Shown: positions 1 to 10,515, counted from the first letter of the stretch. The stretch is 64,000 bases of DNA from a bacterium (GCA_041690355.1 JAWLHK010000007.1:1-64000), one strand, 5' to 3'. Program-made: numbers and translations. Notes: generated from the sequence alone by a model not told the origin.

Positions 1-58
1 AATGCATCTGGCTGAGATTGGGGCCCTTGCGCGAGGCCAGATACGGGCGGCGGTTCAT
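1..58 (-). CDS. 5' end of a gene running off the left edge (MNRRPYLASRKGPNLSQMH...), product unknown
   Basis: ATG at 58 on the minus strand preceded by GAGAGGA (SD-like); open to the window edge; too short to identify. Confidence 0.4.
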   Translation of the reverse strand, partial: MNRRPYLASRKGPNLSQMH

Positions 59-234
59 GGCGTGTCCTCTCGGTATGAAAAAGGTCGGTCCGGAAACGCA
101 TTGAAACGACCGCAGACGGTCGGGCAGAACCGGATCGTTCCGCACACGGGGGCGAGCGGAACAAGGACATATTCTACACTATTGGACCGCTTCGCAGCAG
201 AAGGCACGGAGGCTTTTCTGTTATTCTGTTCGGC

Positions 235-1197
235 ATGACTCTGTCGTCTGGCGCCCTTGCCGTCGCCGCGCTTCTTCATCTTGCGCCCGCCGAGGCCCCG
301 ATCACCGGAACCACCGGCCAGACTGTCGAGTCCTCTGCCCCACTCGACGACGGTTTCGCTCCGGCTCCGGCCACGGGTGAGACGGCGGCCCCGATCGACG
401 AACTCGCCGACGGCGTCACCGCCCCTGTCACGGCGCCCACCGAGGTCATCGATCGCGCCTGGCGCGCCCGGCTCGGCATCACTCTCAGCCTGGCCGAGGG
501 AAACACGAGCACCCGCAACTACGGCCTGACCGCCGATGTGCGCAAGGAAGAGATCCTCTGGTTTTTCAACGGCGACGCCTTCGTGTTGTACGGTCTGACA
601 CGCACCCCCTCGCGGGTACCGAATCCCGAAGGAGCCACGCCGCAGGAGCGGGCCGGCGTGCCGGGAACCGAGTTTCAGGAGACGGCGAACGCCTGGTCGC
701 TGCGCACCAAGTACGGCCGGTACTTCGGACATGCCCGCGTTCAGTACCTTTTTGCCGCCCCCGCAATCGAAAGCGACTTCTTTCGCGGATTCTGGTGGCA
801 GCGGGTCGTCCAGGCAGGGTACGGACGCAAGATCGAGACCGACGGTTTTCTGATGAAGGCCGAAATCGGGCCCGACTTCACCGAAGAACGCCAGGTGACG
901 CACTTCACGCGCAGCCGCCTTTCGCTGGCCGTCAACGCGTCGGCCGAGTACCAGCTCAACAGCAAGGTGACCCTGCGCGAAGAGCTGTCACACATTCGCG
1001 ACATCGCCTCGAACGAGGTCGACCTGAAGCCCTTTCACGAGTACCGCACCCGCAGCAAAACCGACGTCGTCGTCACGCTGACCGATGCGTTCAGCCTCGC
1101 CATTGGCGTTCTGACCGAGCACACCTCCGACCCGGTGCCCGGCGCCCATCCGCTCGACGTCAAGACGACGGCGGCGCTCACCTACAGTCTGCTGTAG
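235..1197 (+). CDS. DUF481/YdiY-like outer-membrane beta-barrel protein
   Basis: Signal peptide, Pro/Ala/Thr linker, GITLSLAEGNT first strand, amphipathic strands, C-terminal ALTYSL. Confidence 0.7.
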   Translation: MTLSSGALAVAALLHLAPAEAPITGTTGQTVESSAPLDDGFAPAPATGETAAPIDELADGVTAPVTAPTEVIDRAWRARLGITLSLAEGNTSTRNYGLTADVRKEEILWFFNGDAFVLYGLTRTPSRVPNPEGATPQERAGVPGTEFQETANAWSLRTKYGRYFGHARVQYLFAAPAIESDFFRGFWWQRVVQAGYGRKIETDGFLMKAEIGPDFTEERQVTHFTRSRLSLAVNASAEYQLNSKVTLREELSHIRDIASNEVDLKPFHEYRTRSKTDVVVTLTDAFSLAIGVLTEHTSDPVPGAHPLDVKTTAALTYSLL

Positions 1198-1282
1198 CGC
1201 AACCCGGCCCGGTCTTCCTGTCCCCCGGCGCTCTCCCCTCCGAAGCGGCATCCCTCACGCGCGGGCACTCCCTTTTGATACG

Positions 1283-2758
1283 ATGGCTGTCTCCATGACA
1301 ACCATGGCAACGGGCGGATTTGACGCAAAGGGCCGGCGCGCCGCATTGGCAGAAGGCGGGTTCGCCGCCGTCTGGGTCGCGCTGACGACCGGCCCGTTTC
1401 TCGCCGGTTTCGCCGTCGCGCTGCAGGCCGGCGCCTTCGTACAGGGACTGCTCGTTTCCCTCCCCTTTCTGGCCTCGACGGCGCAGCTTGCCGGGGCATG
1501 GGCCGTCGAAGTGAAGGGACTCCCGCGCCGGACCACGGCCATCCGCGGGTTTCTCGTCAGCCGCTTCGCCTTTGTCCTGCTCGCCGTCGCCGGCGCCGCG
1601 CTGCTCCCCGCCTACGGCCCAGCAATGCTCATGGCCACCCTGATACTGGTCGCCGTGTCGCACCTCGCGCACCACTTCGGCCACGTGGCCTGGCTCAGCC
1701 TGCTCAGTAACGGCGTCCCCGCCGCGGGCCGGGGCGGGTTCTTCGGCGCCCGCAATCTGCTCGCCGGAACGGTTTCAGTCGCCTTCACAGCCGCCGGCGG
1801 CCTCGTCGCCGGGTTCGACTTCGGCCGTCCCGCTGCTGAACACACGGGCTACCTGATACTCTTCGCGACGGCGGCCGTCCTCGGCATGTCGGGCGTGAGC
1901 GCGATCCGCCGCATCCCCCCCGAGCCGCGCCCGCCCGCGGCCGCGCGGCCCGCCCTGAGCCAGTCGGTGCGCCAATGTCTGCGCGATCGGGACTACCGGC
2001 GATTCCTCGTCTTCTATCTCTGCTGGATGGGGGCCGTCTACATCGCGTCGCCCTTCTTCAACTTTTACTTTCTCGATGCCATGCGGCTCGACATCGGTTT
2101 CGTGGCCCTGGCGCAGACGGCGTCGACCTTCGCGGCCCTGACGACCGTGCGCATCTGGGGGAACATGGTCGACCGCTTCGGCTGCAAGCCGATCCTCACG
2201 GTAACCCTCAGCGTGGCCACCCTGATTCCCCTCGTCTACACCTTCACGACGCCGGCGAATATCCACGCCGTCGCCCTCGGTATGCAGGCGCTGAGCGGAG
2301 CCGTGTGGTCGGGACTCAGCCTGGCCGGATACAACTTTCTCCTGAAGCTCGCCCCCGAACGCAACAACGCAACCTACCTTGCGACCTTCGGAACTCTTTC
2401 GGGGCTGGCGAGCGGTCTGGCGCCGCTGGCGGCCGGGGCTGCGAGCCATGCCTTCGACGGCATGGCGTGGACGCTGGCCGGCATCGAGATGGGGCGCTAC
2501 CAGCTGCTCTTTCTGGCGTCGTTTGTCGCGCGCGGCGCGGCCGCGATGCTGCTCATGCGGATTCCGGAACCGGCGGCCCGATCGGCGGTCGACGTCGTGC
2601 GCGCACTGGGCACCTGGCGTACGCTCTTCAGCATCACGGGTCTGGATCTGGTCTACAGCTACGTGCTCGCGCCGATCTACCGGCGGTTCGGGGGACGGCC
2701 GGTACAGGAGGACGGCGCGGCGGGCACAGAGACACAGCGGAAAACGACCCCGGTCTAG
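1283..2758 (+). CDS. MFS transporter
   Basis: About 12 hydrophobic segments and WGNMVDRFGCK loop motif; the start could be ATG 1295. Confidence 0.8.
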   Translation: MAVSMTTMATGGFDAKGRRAALAEGGFAAVWVALTTGPFLAGFAVALQAGAFVQGLLVSLPFLASTAQLAGAWAVEVKGLPRRTTAIRGFLVSRFAFVLLAVAGAALLPAYGPAMLMATLILVAVSHLAHHFGHVAWLSLLSNGVPAAGRGGFFGARNLLAGTVSVAFTAAGGLVAGFDFGRPAAEHTGYLILFATAAVLGMSGVSAIRRIPPEPRPPAAARPALSQSVRQCLRDRDYRRFLVFYLCWMGAVYIASPFFNFYFLDAMRLDIGFVALAQTASTFAALTTVRIWGNMVDRFGCKPILTVTLSVATLIPLVYTFTTPANIHAVALGMQALSGAVWSGLSLAGYNFLLKLAPERNNATYLATFGTLSGLASGLAPLAAGAASHAFDGMAWTLAGIEMGRYQLLFLASFVARGAAAMLLMRIPEPAARSAVDVVRALGTWRTLFSITGLDLVYSYVLAPIYRRFGGRPVQEDGAAGTETQRKTTPV

Positions 2759-2789
2759 GAACGGGGAACCGCGGAGAAGTCCAGCGTGC

Positions 2790-3260
2790 TCAGAGGTCGA
2801 TTTCGGGGAAGGATTCCACGCGAACCTGAATCGGCACGCCGGGCGCGAGGCCGAGAATGCGGCGCGCGGGGCGCAGCGTGGCATTTCCCTCGATCATGAT
2901 CAGGCGCAGGATACGCTGGGCCAGCGGATCGCTCGGCACCAGATGGGCCGCATTCACGAGCGGCCCGGTATCGTCGGCGTCGAACGCCGTCACCGGCAGG
3001 TAGAAGCAGTCGCCGTTCCACGTCCGATCCTGAATCAGATCGGCGAAGAGGCAGGCCTCGACCTGCACCGCCCGGCCGTTGCGCCGCTGGATGACCAGCT
3101 CGAAGCGCCGCTCGACCCGGGTGCGTTCGCCCAGGTCCATCTGCTCCAGCCGGATGCTGCCCGCCACGAGCATCGTTTCGCGGGCCGCCGCCCCATTTCC
3201 CCCCGGACCGGGCCCCTGCAGCGCGAGCAGCAGGGCGGTCGCCGCCAGTATTCCCGCCAT
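2790..3260 (-). CDS. Hypothetical secreted protein
   Basis: Fills the gap between the MFS and acyl-CoA dehydrogenase genes; MAGILAATALLLALQ signal-like N-terminus. Confidence 0.55.
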   Translation of the reverse strand: MAGILAATALLLALQGPGPGGNGAAARETMLVAGSIRLEQMDLGERTRVERRFELVIQRRNGRAVQVEACLFADLIQDRTWNGDCFYLPVTAFDADDTGPLVNAAHLVPSDPLAQRILRLIMIEGNATLRPARRILGLAPGVPIQVRVESFPEIDL

Positions 3261-3335
3261 GGGACCATTCTGCGGCCGGTCTTGCCAAATTGTCAAGACG
3301 GCGGGAGAGAATCCGCCGGGTTCCGGCGCCGCCGC

Positions 3336-4574
3336 CTATTTCACGAGCCCCAGCTCGACGCGCGCGGCCGTGAGGTAGTTGATATGCGTGGTGCCGGCCC
3401 CGAGTTCGAGCAGCTTGGCGTCACGGGCGAGCTTGGCGATGTGGTACTCCTCCATATAGCCGTATCCGCCGTGGATCTGGATGGCCTTCATGGCGCAGTC
3501 GACCGCCATCTGCGAGGCATAGGCCTTCGATGCGGTGATGAAGGCCGCGTCGCGGATCCCCTTCTTCTGCATCCAGGCCAGCCGGTAGACGATGTTCTCG
3601 ACGTTCCGGTACTTCACGTACATGTCGGCAAGATCGAGCTGGATGGCCTGAAACTCGCCGATGGAACGCCCGAACTGCCGCCGATCCAGCGCATAGGTCT
3701 TCGAGCGCTCGTAGCACTCTTCGATGATGCCCCAGGCCATGGCCGGAATCCCCGAACGCTCATTACCCAGCGATTCCTTCGTATCCTGCCGGCCTTCGCC
3801 CTTTTCAACGCCGCCGAGCAGGTTCGCGCGGGGCACGCGCACGTTGTCGAAGAACAGCTCGCCCGTGGGCGAGTCCTTCATTCCCATTTTGTGGAACGGT
3901 TGGCCCTGGGTGAACCCCGGCATGCCCTTCTCGAGGATGAACGTCGAGACCGGCATCTGCTCGCGCGGCTGCCCCCGGTCGACTTTGGCGTAAACGATGA
4001 AAATGTCGGCGTAGGGTCCGTTCGTGATGAACGTCTTCTGGCCGTTGAGGATGTAGTCGTCGCCGTCGGGGACGGCAACGGTGCGCATGGAGCCGAAGGC
4101 GTCGCTTCCCGCGCCGGGCTCGGTCAGGCACCAGGCGCCGATCTTCTCGAAGGAGGTCAGCGCGAGCGCGTACTTCTCCACCTGGTCTGCCGTCCCTTTG
4201 GAGAGGACGGCCGCGCCGGCAAGCCCGGCCGACACGCCCCAGCTCGTCACGAAACCCGGCGAACAGCGGCTGAGCTCCTTGGTGACGACCGCCATCATCA
4301 TCGGGTTGCCCGCATCGCCCATGATATCCTTCATGCCCACCGCGCCGGCGGCCGCCCCGCCCGCCTCCTTCTCGCGCAGCTTGCGAACCCGGCTCTCGAC
4401 CGACATCTTCGCCATCTCGCCCAACCCCATCGAGGCCGAGAGATCGCGCATCAGATCGTAGGGGAGGAGTTCGCCGGATTCCAGCTGCGGCAGCGCCGGG
4501 CGCAGTTTGCGCTCGCACCACTGGCGCACCATATCCTGGATCATCACGGCCATTTCCGAAAGTTCGAACGACAT
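3336..4574 (-). CDS. Acyl-CoA dehydrogenase
   Basis: WCLTEPGAGSD, LNGQKTFITNG, RRQFGRSI, QIHGGYGY motifs; start set at MSFELSE. Confidence 0.92.
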   Translation of the reverse strand: MSFELSEMAVMIQDMVRQWCERKLRPALPQLESGELLPYDLMRDLSASMGLGEMAKMSVESRVRKLREKEAGGAAAGAVGMKDIMGDAGNPMMMAVVTKELSRCSPGFVTSWGVSAGLAGAAVLSKGTADQVEKYALALTSFEKIGAWCLTEPGAGSDAFGSMRTVAVPDGDDYILNGQKTFITNGPYADIFIVYAKVDRGQPREQMPVSTFILEKGMPGFTQGQPFHKMGMKDSPTGELFFDNVRVPRANLLGGVEKGEGRQDTKESLGNERSGIPAMAWGIIEECYERSKTYALDRRQFGRSIGEFQAIQLDLADMYVKYRNVENIVYRLAWMQKKGIRDAAFITASKAYASQMAVDCAMKAIQIHGGYGYMEEYHIAKLARDAKLLELGAGTTHINYLTAARVELGLVK

Positions 4575-4686
4575 CGCGCACCCCTGAGAGAAGAAAGCGC
4601 CCGGCGGCATGGCGGGCATGGCACAAGTATATCCGGAACGCTCCCCTTTTGTCTACCGCTCGGTAGGCTGCAGAAGCAGGGGGGGC

Positions 4687-5772
4687 TCAGGTCTGACGGA
4701 GCGGGAAGATCGATTCTCCGCGTGCCCGCCGCCGGTTCTCCTGGTGGAGCTGACCGCAGGCGGCGAGCACGTCGCGGCCGCGGCTTTTGCGGATGAAGAC
4801 GTGCATGCCCGCGGCCCGCAGCCGGGCGTGAAAGGCGAGCACGGCCGCATCGTCAGGGCGCAGGTAGGGAGACCCAGGATGCGCGTTGAAGGGGATCAGG
4901 TTCACCCGGCCCGGGACTCCTTCGAGAAGGCGGATGAGGTCGTCGGCGTCGGCCGCGGCGTCGTTCAGTCCGCCCAGCATGACGTACTCGAACATGACGG
5001 TGTGATGGTTCCCCCGTGTAGCGCTCCACTCCCGGATCCAGGCGAGCACGTCGCGGATCGGCCACGCTTTTTCTACCGGCATTACGGCGAGCCGCTTCTC
5101 CGGGTTCGGGCCGTTCAGGCTGAGGGCGAGCCGCACGGTCGTTTCGGCGAGAAGCCGCTGCATCGCCGGCAGCAGGCCGCTCGTGCTCACGGTGATGCGC
5201 CGGGCCGGAAAGCCGACGCCGAAATCGTCGGTCAGAATCGAGAGGGCGGCGAGCACATGATCCAGATTGTGCAGCGGCTCGCCCATGCCCATGAAGACGA
5301 TGTTCGTCAGCGGCGGAATGCCGGGTATGCCCTCGACCTCGCGGCGCACCCGCTTGAACTGGCCCACGATCTCGGCGGGCGTAAGGTGGCGGATGAGCCC
5401 CATCTTGCCGGTGAAGCAGAAATCGCAGGCCATGGCGCAGCCGACCTGCGACGAGATGCAGAGCGTGGCGCGGGTGTCGTCGGGGATGTAGACGGCTTCG
5501 ACGGTGCGATCGTCCTCGAGCCGCAGCAGATACTTGATGGTTCCGTCTTCGGCGGGCCGGGATTCGGCGACCGCGGGGAGCGGGGCCAGATCGTAGGCGG
5601 CACGCACGCGGGCAATCTGCCACGCGGGCGCCTCGACGGCGTCCCAGTCTGGCGCACCGCGCCCATGCACTTCGCGAAAGATGCGGCGGGCCTGCGCAAG
5701 CGTCAGACCGAACCGGGAGCGGGCCTCCTCGAGCCAGCCGTCGCGCGAAAGATTGTCGAAATAGGGGTGCAT
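4687..5772 (-). CDS. rlmN: 23S rRNA (adenine2503-C2)-methyltransferase RlmN, radical SAM
   Basis: CISSQVGCAMACDFC, FMGMGEP, VNLIPFN, AACGQL. Confidence 0.93.
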   Translation of the reverse strand: MHPYFDNLSRDGWLEEARSRFGLTLAQARRIFREVHGRGAPDWDAVEAPAWQIARVRAAYDLAPLPAVAESRPAEDGTIKYLLRLEDDRTVEAVYIPDDTRATLCISSQVGCAMACDFCFTGKMGLIRHLTPAEIVGQFKRVRREVEGIPGIPPLTNIVFMGMGEPLHNLDHVLAALSILTDDFGVGFPARRITVSTSGLLPAMQRLLAETTVRLALSLNGPNPEKRLAVMPVEKAWPIRDVLAWIREWSATRGNHHTVMFEYVMLGGLNDAAADADDLIRLLEGVPGRVNLIPFNAHPGSPYLRPDDAAVLAFHARLRAAGMHVFIRKSRGRDVLAACGQLHQENRRRARGESIFPLRQT

Positions 5773-5807
5773 GTGTCGGTGGTCATTGTAGCCTGCGCGC
5801 GAAGACG

Positions 5808-5840
5808 AAAAAAGCCTGCCCGCGCGGCGCGGGCAGGCTT
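5808..5840 (-). terminator. Intrinsic terminator of the lipoprotein gene
   Basis: Inverted repeat AAGCCTGCCCGCG / CGCGGGCAGGCTT with a T-run on the minus strand just after the stop at 5863. Confidence 0.8.
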
Positions 5841-5862
5841 CGATGCATGGGCCGTACGAGGG

Positions 5863-7341
5863 TCAGAGCACGGTCACGAACCCCGTCTCGTCGGTGATCG
5901 TCACCTTACCCGTCGCGTCGACCGAGACCTGGTAGACGGACTTGCCGCCCGCGTCGTCGTAGACCGTCACGGTGCCCGTGCCCGATCCGTCGGCCGCGAA
6001 CGTGAAGGTCCCTTCTTCGTCCGGGTTCTGGGTCGTGTCCTTGAAATCCTTCTCGTACGCCTGACGCGACGTGCCGTCGGGGTAGTAGGTCATCTCGACG
6101 GTGGCGCTGTCGCCCAGGACGTTATAGACCTCGAGCGTGACCTGGTGCTGCGTAGCCGCTTCGACGACCGTCAGGCGGCCCGTGATGACGGTGTCGTCCC
6201 GATCGGTGTGCGTGAATTCTGCGGTCAGCGTGTTGCCCACGACACGGATGCTCGGAACGTCAAGTTCGGTCGTCTCGCCGTCGCGGAAGGTGATGATGCG
6301 GTGATAGGTACCGTTGCCGGCGTTGCGGCGCCAGATGCCTTCTTCGAACACGGTGTCGATGACATGCGGTTCGGGAAAGGTGGTGGTGACTTCGTACGCG
6401 CCCGACGAGAGGTTCACCGAGCCTTCGCGTTCGAAGCCGTCCCGGCCGGCGGCGGCGATCGAGATGTTCGTGCCGTCCGACTCGACGTGCATCGTGTCGG
6501 CCTTGCCGTCGGCATAGTAGCGGTTTCCGTCGAACGTGCCGATGTCCTTGCCCGTGATGACGGCCACTTCGGTCGTCATCGTCACGTCGCCGGCCGCATG
6601 GGTGATCGTGCGCCGCGCCTCGCCCTGGCTCATGTCCTGGCCGTCGGTCAGCGGGGTCTGCGGAGTCACTTCAGCCGTTACGACGGTGCCGTTGCGCATC
6701 GTCACGACGTGCTCGTAATGAGCGTACTTGCGCGGCTTCGTGGGCTTCTCGAAGTCGCCCCCGAAGTCGACGATCAGCTCGCCGACCACCGATTCGCGCT
6801 CGTCGTTGGCGGGAAAATTGCGCGTGTTGACCACGTGGCTCCAGCCGTCGAGCACGTTGCCGTCGGTCGCGGCGCCGGCATACTCGAGCTCTTCGACATG
6901 CAGCGTGCCGTTGCCGCCGTCCTTATACTGGATCGCGGCGTCGACCTGGTAGTAGATGTAACCGCCGTTGCCGTCGCAGGTATACTTCAGCGTGATCTCG
7001 GCGCTCTTCTCGTCGGCGATGGCCGCGTAATCGTTCTTCGGGAACGTCACGCTGCCGGCGCTCAGGCACAGCTCGCCGAACATCGGCCGCAGCCCGGGGG
7101 CCGCGCTCATGGCCGGGGCCAGGCCGAAGCCGCCGCCGGTTTCGAGGCCCGGCGCCAGCGATTCAATGCCGCCGGCGAGGCCTTTGATCTCCAGAATGCC
7201 GCTCGTCAGATCGCGGGCAAAGACGTTCACGAGCCCCTTCTCGAGGGCGCCCTGATGGCGTTCCAGCGCATCCTGGATCAAATCGCCGCAGCCGGTGACG
7301 CCGGCCAGCAACGCAACGCCAAGTACCATTCCCTTTTTCAC
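5863..7341 (-). CDS. Hypothetical acidic, Thr/Gly-rich beta-rich lipoprotein
   Basis: GTG start after GGGAGGT SD; KKGMVLGVALLAGVTG-C lipobox; own terminator. Confidence 0.75.
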   Translation of the reverse strand: MKKGMVLGVALLAGVTGCGDLIQDALERHQGALEKGLVNVFARDLTSGILEIKGLAGGIESLAPGLETGGGFGLAPAMSAAPGLRPMFGELCLSAGSVTFPKNDYAAIADEKSAEITLKYTCDGNGGYIYYQVDAAIQYKDGGNGTLHVEELEYAGAATDGNVLDGWSHVVNTRNFPANDERESVVGELIVDFGGDFEKPTKPRKYAHYEHVVTMRNGTVVTAEVTPQTPLTDGQDMSQGEARRTITHAAGDVTMTTEVAVITGKDIGTFDGNRYYADGKADTMHVESDGTNISIAAAGRDGFEREGSVNLSSGAYEVTTTFPEPHVIDTVFEEGIWRRNAGNGTYHRIITFRDGETTELDVPSIRVVGNTLTAEFTHTDRDDTVITGRLTVVEAATQHQVTLEVYNVLGDSATVEMTYYPDGTSRQAYEKDFKDTTQNPDEEGTFTFAADGSGTGTVTVYDDAGGKSVYQVSVDATGKVTITDETGFVTVL

Positions 7342-7542
7342 GTGGACCTCCCTTTGAGGATCAAATGCAGCAGGCTCGAAAGCCCTTGCCCGTGCAGTCA
7401 GCAAGAAGCATACCAAATGAGCGGCCGGCGTGCGACCACCGGGGGAACCATGGGTTTTGTGACGGTCCGCACAGGCTCCGGATGCCGTATGAAGACGGCG
7501 GCTGACATGGATGTCATGGCAGCTGGTAGCCGGGCCGTGGTC

Positions 7543-8109
7543 TTACGACGCCCTGGCGAGCGGGAACTCGGCGCGGGCCCGGTAGACAGAACCGCCGCGC
7601 TGCAGGGTACTCTCGAACAGCACGAAGCGGTCGAGGGGGAACCGGGTGCCCCGCAGGCGGCCGGCAAGCTCCGCGGGAAGCGCAATGCCCCGGCTGCGAT
7701 CCGGAAAGCGGGCGAGCGTGTAGTGCACCTTGAAGGGGCGTTGCTCCGGGGCGAAGCCGAGGGCCAGCGCCGCCTGCTCGAGGCCGCTCTGCAGTGCGAG
7801 AACCTGCGGATCCGCCTTGCCCTCGACCCAGAGGACGCGGGGGCGTCTGGGCGTCGGCGCCAGCACGAGCCCGCCCAGCTCGATGGTTCCGGCCGTGACG
7901 CTCGCGGCCGCCGCCTGCGCCCGCTCCCGCAGCGCCTCGACGTCGGTCTGGGCGGCGTTGCCGAGAAACCGCAGGGTCAGGTGAATTCCTTCGGGGCGCA
8001 CCCAGCGCAGGCGGTGTCCGAGATTCCGCAGATCCGTCTGCAGGGCGATCAGGGCCTCGTGGACGGCCGGGGGCGGAGCGGCCGCGAAGAACAGCCGCAG
8101 GGGGGTCAC
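7543..8109 (-). CDS. thpR: RNA 2',3'-cyclic phosphodiesterase (2H phosphoesterase, LigT/ThpR)
   Basis: RLFFA, HLTLRFLG and HYTLAR 2H motifs; GTG start overlaps the cinA stop (GTGA). Confidence 0.88.
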   Translation of the reverse strand: MTPLRLFFAAAPPPAVHEALIALQTDLRNLGHRLRWVRPEGIHLTLRFLGNAAQTDVEALRERAQAAAASVTAGTIELGGLVLAPTPRRPRVLWVEGKADPQVLALQSGLEQAALALGFAPEQRPFKVHYTLARFPDRSRGIALPAELAGRLRGTRFPLDRFVLFESTLQRGGSVYRARAEFPLARAS

Positions 8110-9362
8110 CCCTGCCCTCCGGCGCGGGCGAGCAGCCAGCGGCGCAGGCGGTCGAGCGCGGTGGCCGCGGTCAGCCGCCGCACTTCGTCTCTCCCGAGCG
8201 GTCCGAAGCGGAACTCGCGTACTTCGGCACCGTCGCGGTCGCCCCAGCCGATGTAGACCAGGCCGACGGGGCGTTCTTCGGTGCCGCCGCCGGGTCCGGC
8301 GATGCCCGTGACGGCGATGGCCACGTCGGCGCCCGACTTCTCGAGTGCACCCTGCAGCATCTCTTCGCAGGTCTCGGCCGAGACCGCCCCGTGCTCCCGG
8401 AGCGTCTCGTGGCTTACGCCGAGCCGGCGGATCTTGGCGTCGTTGCTGTACGTGACGAAGCCTTCGAGAAACCAGGCGCTGCTGCCGGCAACGGCGGTGA
8501 TCTGCGAACCGATCATCCCCCCGGTGCAGCTCTCGGCGAGCGCCAGCTTGAGCCCCGTGCGGCCGAGCAGCTCTCCCACGGCGGCCTGCAGGCTGTTCTC
8601 TCCGAATCCGTAGACGCGATCGCCGAGCCGGCGCGCCGCTTCGCGGGCAAGATCCTCGGCGGCCTGTTCGGCGGCGGCGGCCTCTTCCCGTTCCACTTTG
8701 AAGAACACGCGCACTTCGGGAAAGCTGACCAGGTACGCGATTTCGACGCCGGCGATCCCGTCGGCAATTCCCTTGAGCAGCTGGTTGACGCCGCTTTCGG
8801 TGTGCCCGAAGATGCGCAGCTCGCGGATGGCCCGGAAGCTCGCGCGCGGAAACCGCTCTGTCAGCAGCGGCAGCAGCGTCTGCTCGACCATGGCCATCAT
8901 TTCGCGCGGCACACCGGGAAACGTCGCGACAAGCCGCCCCTCCCTTTCTGCCAGATAACCCACGGCCGAGCCGACGGGGTTCAAGATGGGCATGCTCCCC
9001 GCCGGAAAGTGAGCCTGCTTGATGTTTTCGGGCGGCAGGTCGAACCCGCGTTCGCGGAACCGGGCCTGGATGCGCGTCCACGTCGGCTCGTGCACCGTGG
9101 TGGGCCTCCCCGCCCACCGGGCAACCGCTTCGGTCGTCAGGTCGTCGGTCGTCGGCCCGAGGCCGCCGGTGGTGATGACGAGCGGCGCGCGCTCCGAGAG
9201 CTCCTCCAGGCTGCGCGCGATGTCGTCAACGTTGTCGCGGCAGTGGCGGATCTCGAGGACGCGGAAGCCGATGCGATCGAGCGCGAGGCTGATCCACGCC
9301 GAGTTGGTGTCCAGCTTCCCCTCGAGCAGCTCGTCGCCGATGGTGAGGATGCAGGCCCGCAT
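8106..9362 (-). CDS. cinA: Competence/damage-inducible protein CinA (MoCF-like domain plus NMN deamidase PncC domain)
   Basis: IGDELL, TGGLGPTTDDLT, AESCTGG, TGIAGPGGG. Confidence 0.92.
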   Translation of the reverse strand: MRACILTIGDELLEGKLDTNSAWISLALDRIGFRVLEIRHCRDNVDDIARSLEELSERAPLVITTGGLGPTTDDLTTEAVARWAGRPTTVHEPTWTRIQARFRERGFDLPPENIKQAHFPAGSMPILNPVGSAVGYLAEREGRLVATFPGVPREMMAMVEQTLLPLLTERFPRASFRAIRELRIFGHTESGVNQLLKGIADGIAGVEIAYLVSFPEVRVFFKVEREEAAAAEQAAEDLAREAARRLGDRVYGFGENSLQAAVGELLGRTGLKLALAESCTGGMIGSQITAVAGSSAWFLEGFVTYSNDAKIRRLGVSHETLREHGAVSAETCEEMLQGALEKSGADVAIAVTGIAGPGGGTEERPVGLVYIGWGDRDGAEVREFRFGPLGRDEVRRLTAATALDRLRRWLLARAGGQG

Positions 9363-9369
9363 GCGCCCG

Positions 9370-10515
9370 CTACTTGCCGAGGCCCATCGTCTTGGCGATG
9401 ATTTCGTTCATGATCTCGGTCGTCCCGCCCCCGATGGGGAGCAGGCGGGCGTCGCGCGACATGCGTTCGACCAGCGTCTCGCGCATATAGCCCATGCCGC
9501 CGAACAGCTGCACGGCGTCGTAGGTCACCTCCATGGCGACATCCGACGAGAAGTTCTTGGCCATGGAGACTTCCTGTACCAGGTACTCCCCTTTCCGGAG
9601 GCGGTCGGCAATCTGATAATTCAGCGCCTTGGCGGCCGCGACGCGAGTGGCCATGTGGGCGAGTTTGTGGCGGGTCACCTGGAATCCCGACAGCGCACGG
9701 CCGAACGCCTTGCGCTCGCCGACATAACGGACCGCCTCTTCAAGGCAGATTTCGGCCGTGGCGTGGCCGATGACCGCCAGCGTGATGCGCTCGCCCTGAA
9801 AGTTCTGCATGACGGCGAGAAAGCCAGAGCCCTCATCGCCGATGCGGTTTTCGACAGGAACGCGCACGTCGTCGAACGCGAGTTCGGCCGTATCGCTGGC
9901 CCGCCAGCCGGTCTTCTTCAGGGCGCGGCTCACCGTGAAGCCGGGCATCCCCTTTTCGACCACGAAAAAGGTCAGCCCGCCGTGCGGATCGGCCCCCGTG
10001 CGCGCGAGGACGGTCACGTAGTCGGCCCGCACGCCCGAGGTGATGAACATCTTGGAGCCGTTCAGCACATAGCTGTCGCCCTCGCGCACCGCGCGCGTGG
10101 TGACGCCGGCGACGTCGCTCCCCGTGCCCGGCTCGGTGACGCCCAGGGCGGCAATCTTCTCACCGGCGAGCACCGGCGGCACGAAGCGCCGTTTCTGTTC
10201 CTCGGTCCCCACGGCGAGAATGGGCGGCAGGGCGATGCCCATCGAGCCGAGGCCGACCGCGACGCCGGTGCTGCCGCCGCGCAGCAGGGTCTCGGTTGAA
10301 ACGATGGCGTGAAAGACATCGCCGCCTCCGCCGCCGTACTCTTCGGGGAAGTAGGCATTGAGGATGCCCGCTTCGGCGGCCTTGCGATACAGCTCGACGG
10401 GAAAACTCTCGTCTTCTTCCCACTTCTCGGCGTGCGGACGGATTTCCTTCTCGACGAACCTGCGACAGGTTTCGCGGAAGGCGCGGTGGCTGTCGTTCAG
10501 AAAGGCTTCAATCAT
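9370..10515 (-). CDS. Acyl-CoA dehydrogenase
   Basis: VTEPGTGSDV, LNGSKMFITSG, QLFGGMGYM, IGGGTTEIM; start set at MIEAFL. Confidence 0.92.
   Translation of the reverse strand: MIEAFLNDSHRAFRETCRRFVEKEIRPHAEKWEEDESFPVELYRKAAEAGILNAYFPEEYGGGGGDVFHAIVSTETLLRGGSTGVAVGLGSMGIALPPILAVGTEEQKRRFVPPVLAGEKIAALGVTEPGTGSDVAGVTTRAVREGDSYVLNGSKMFITSGVRADYVTVLARTGADPHGGLTFFVVEKGMPGFTVSRALKKTGWRASDTAELAFDDVRVPVENRIGDEGSGFLAVMQNFQGERITLAVIGHATAEICLEEAVRYVGERKAFGRALSGFQVTRHKLAHMATRVAAAKALNYQIADRLRKGEYLVQEVSMAKNFSSDVAMEVTYDAVQLFGGMGYMRETLVERMSRDARLLPIGGGTTEIMNEIIAKTMGLGK

Noticed and set aside
4609-8256. 1215-aa plus-strand ORF, and similar long ORFs at 2379-4796, 44861-48580 and 40152-42197
   Set aside because: Antisense shadows of well-supported genes, expected in high-GC DNA; no motifs.
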